DNA of 64,000 nucleotides, from positions 256,001 through 320,000 of the forward strand of contig CAVPVX010000011.1 of assembly GCA_963709345.1 (NCBI GenBank). Direction: 5' to 3'. The translations under genes were made by a program, and so were the position numbers. Source of the stretch: an uncultured Actinomycetes bacterium (GTDB lineage Bacteria > Actinomycetota > Thermoleophilia > UBA2241). This document shows positions 63,397-64,000 of the stretch, in pieces. How positions within the stretch are numbered: the first letter of the stretch is position 1; every line of letters starts with the position of its first letter. The notes beneath the pieces are model-generated. The model saw only the letters and a program-made list of their open reading frames with translations. It searched no databases and was not told where the DNA came from.

Positions 63397-64000
63397 ATGA
63401 CCGCCGACCCGGCACAGCACGGAGCCGCCTCGGTCGCCGGTGGGCCTGCCGGGCCCGGCGGTTCGCGCCTGCGCGTGCGTACGGTCGAGATCCTTCCTGG
63501 AGAGGTCGTGCTCATCGACCAGCTTGCGCTGCCGCTGGAGGAGCGCTACGTCCGCTGTGCCACCTGGCGCGAGGTAGCCGACCGGATCACCGACATGACC
63601 GTCCGCGGCGCGCCGGCCATCGGCGTCACCGCGGCGGGAGGCATCGCGCTCGCGGCCGGCGAAGCCGCCGCCGCGAGCCCCGACGATGCCGCTGCGCTTC
63701 GGGCCGCGCTCGAGCAGGCCGCGAGGAGCCTGCTGGCCACGCGGCCCACGGCGGTCAATCTGCGTTGGGCGCTGGACGAGATGCGGCGAGCGTGGGAGGC
63801 GGCGCTCGCCGCCGGCCTGCCGCAGGCCGCTCCGGCGGCCGTGGCCGGCGCGCTTCTCGCCCGGGCGCAGGCGATCCTCGACGACGACATCGACCGCTGC
63901 CTGCGCATCGGCGAGCACGGCGCGGCGCTGTTCAAGGCCGGCGACCGCATCCTCACGCATTGCAACGCCGGCGCGCTCGCGACGGCCGGCTACGGCACGG
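63397..64000 (+). CDS. mtnA: S-methyl-5-thioribose-1-phosphate isomerase (3' truncated by window)
   Basis: IDQLALP, VRGAPAIG, TRPTAVNL, ILTHCNAGALAT.GYGT. Confidence 0.93.
   Translation, partial: MTADPAQHGAASVAGGPAGPGGSRLRVRTVEILPGEVVLIDQLALPLEERYVRCATWREVADRITDMTVRGAPAIGVTAAGGIALAAGEAAAASPDDAAALRAALEQAARSLLATRPTAVNLRWALDEMRRAWEAALAAGLPQAAPAAVAGALLARAQAILDDDIDRCLRIGEHGAALFKAGDRILTHCNAGALATAGYGT

Overview
High-GC (roughly 70% by eye) bacterial chromosomal segment, most consistent with Actinomycetota, probably Thermoleophilia-like (inference from gene order, leaderless promoters and an LAxTG sorting signal). It is mostly housekeeping. The order is: end of ilvC; a serA-like/aminotransferase/serA block; putA; leuA-leuC-leuD-leuB-ilvE-cimA; a 6 kb accessory island (HigBA-like TA pair, membrane proteins, TetR and IS110 relics); dnaE; hisZGDBHAF; tsaC; rpiB; glyA; wecA-like; the F1Fo atp operon; murA; a cell-envelope glycosylation block (two LCP proteins, a small LAFTG protein, O-antigen-ligase/TPR, ugd, GDP-mannose genes); ahcY; and the start of mtnA. 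The most striking pattern is a set of full-length, uninterrupted ORFs that have lost catalytic motifs: a SerA copy, HisG, a second LCP and a PNP-like protein. PutA also carries an internally duplicated non-catalytic ALDH domain. Other notable items are a Leu-rich leader peptide before leuA, and a promoter/operator/mini-ORF/22-bp hairpin module before the serine genes. All family calls come from motif recognition by eye; no searches were run. No rRNA, tRNA or CRISPR array was seen.
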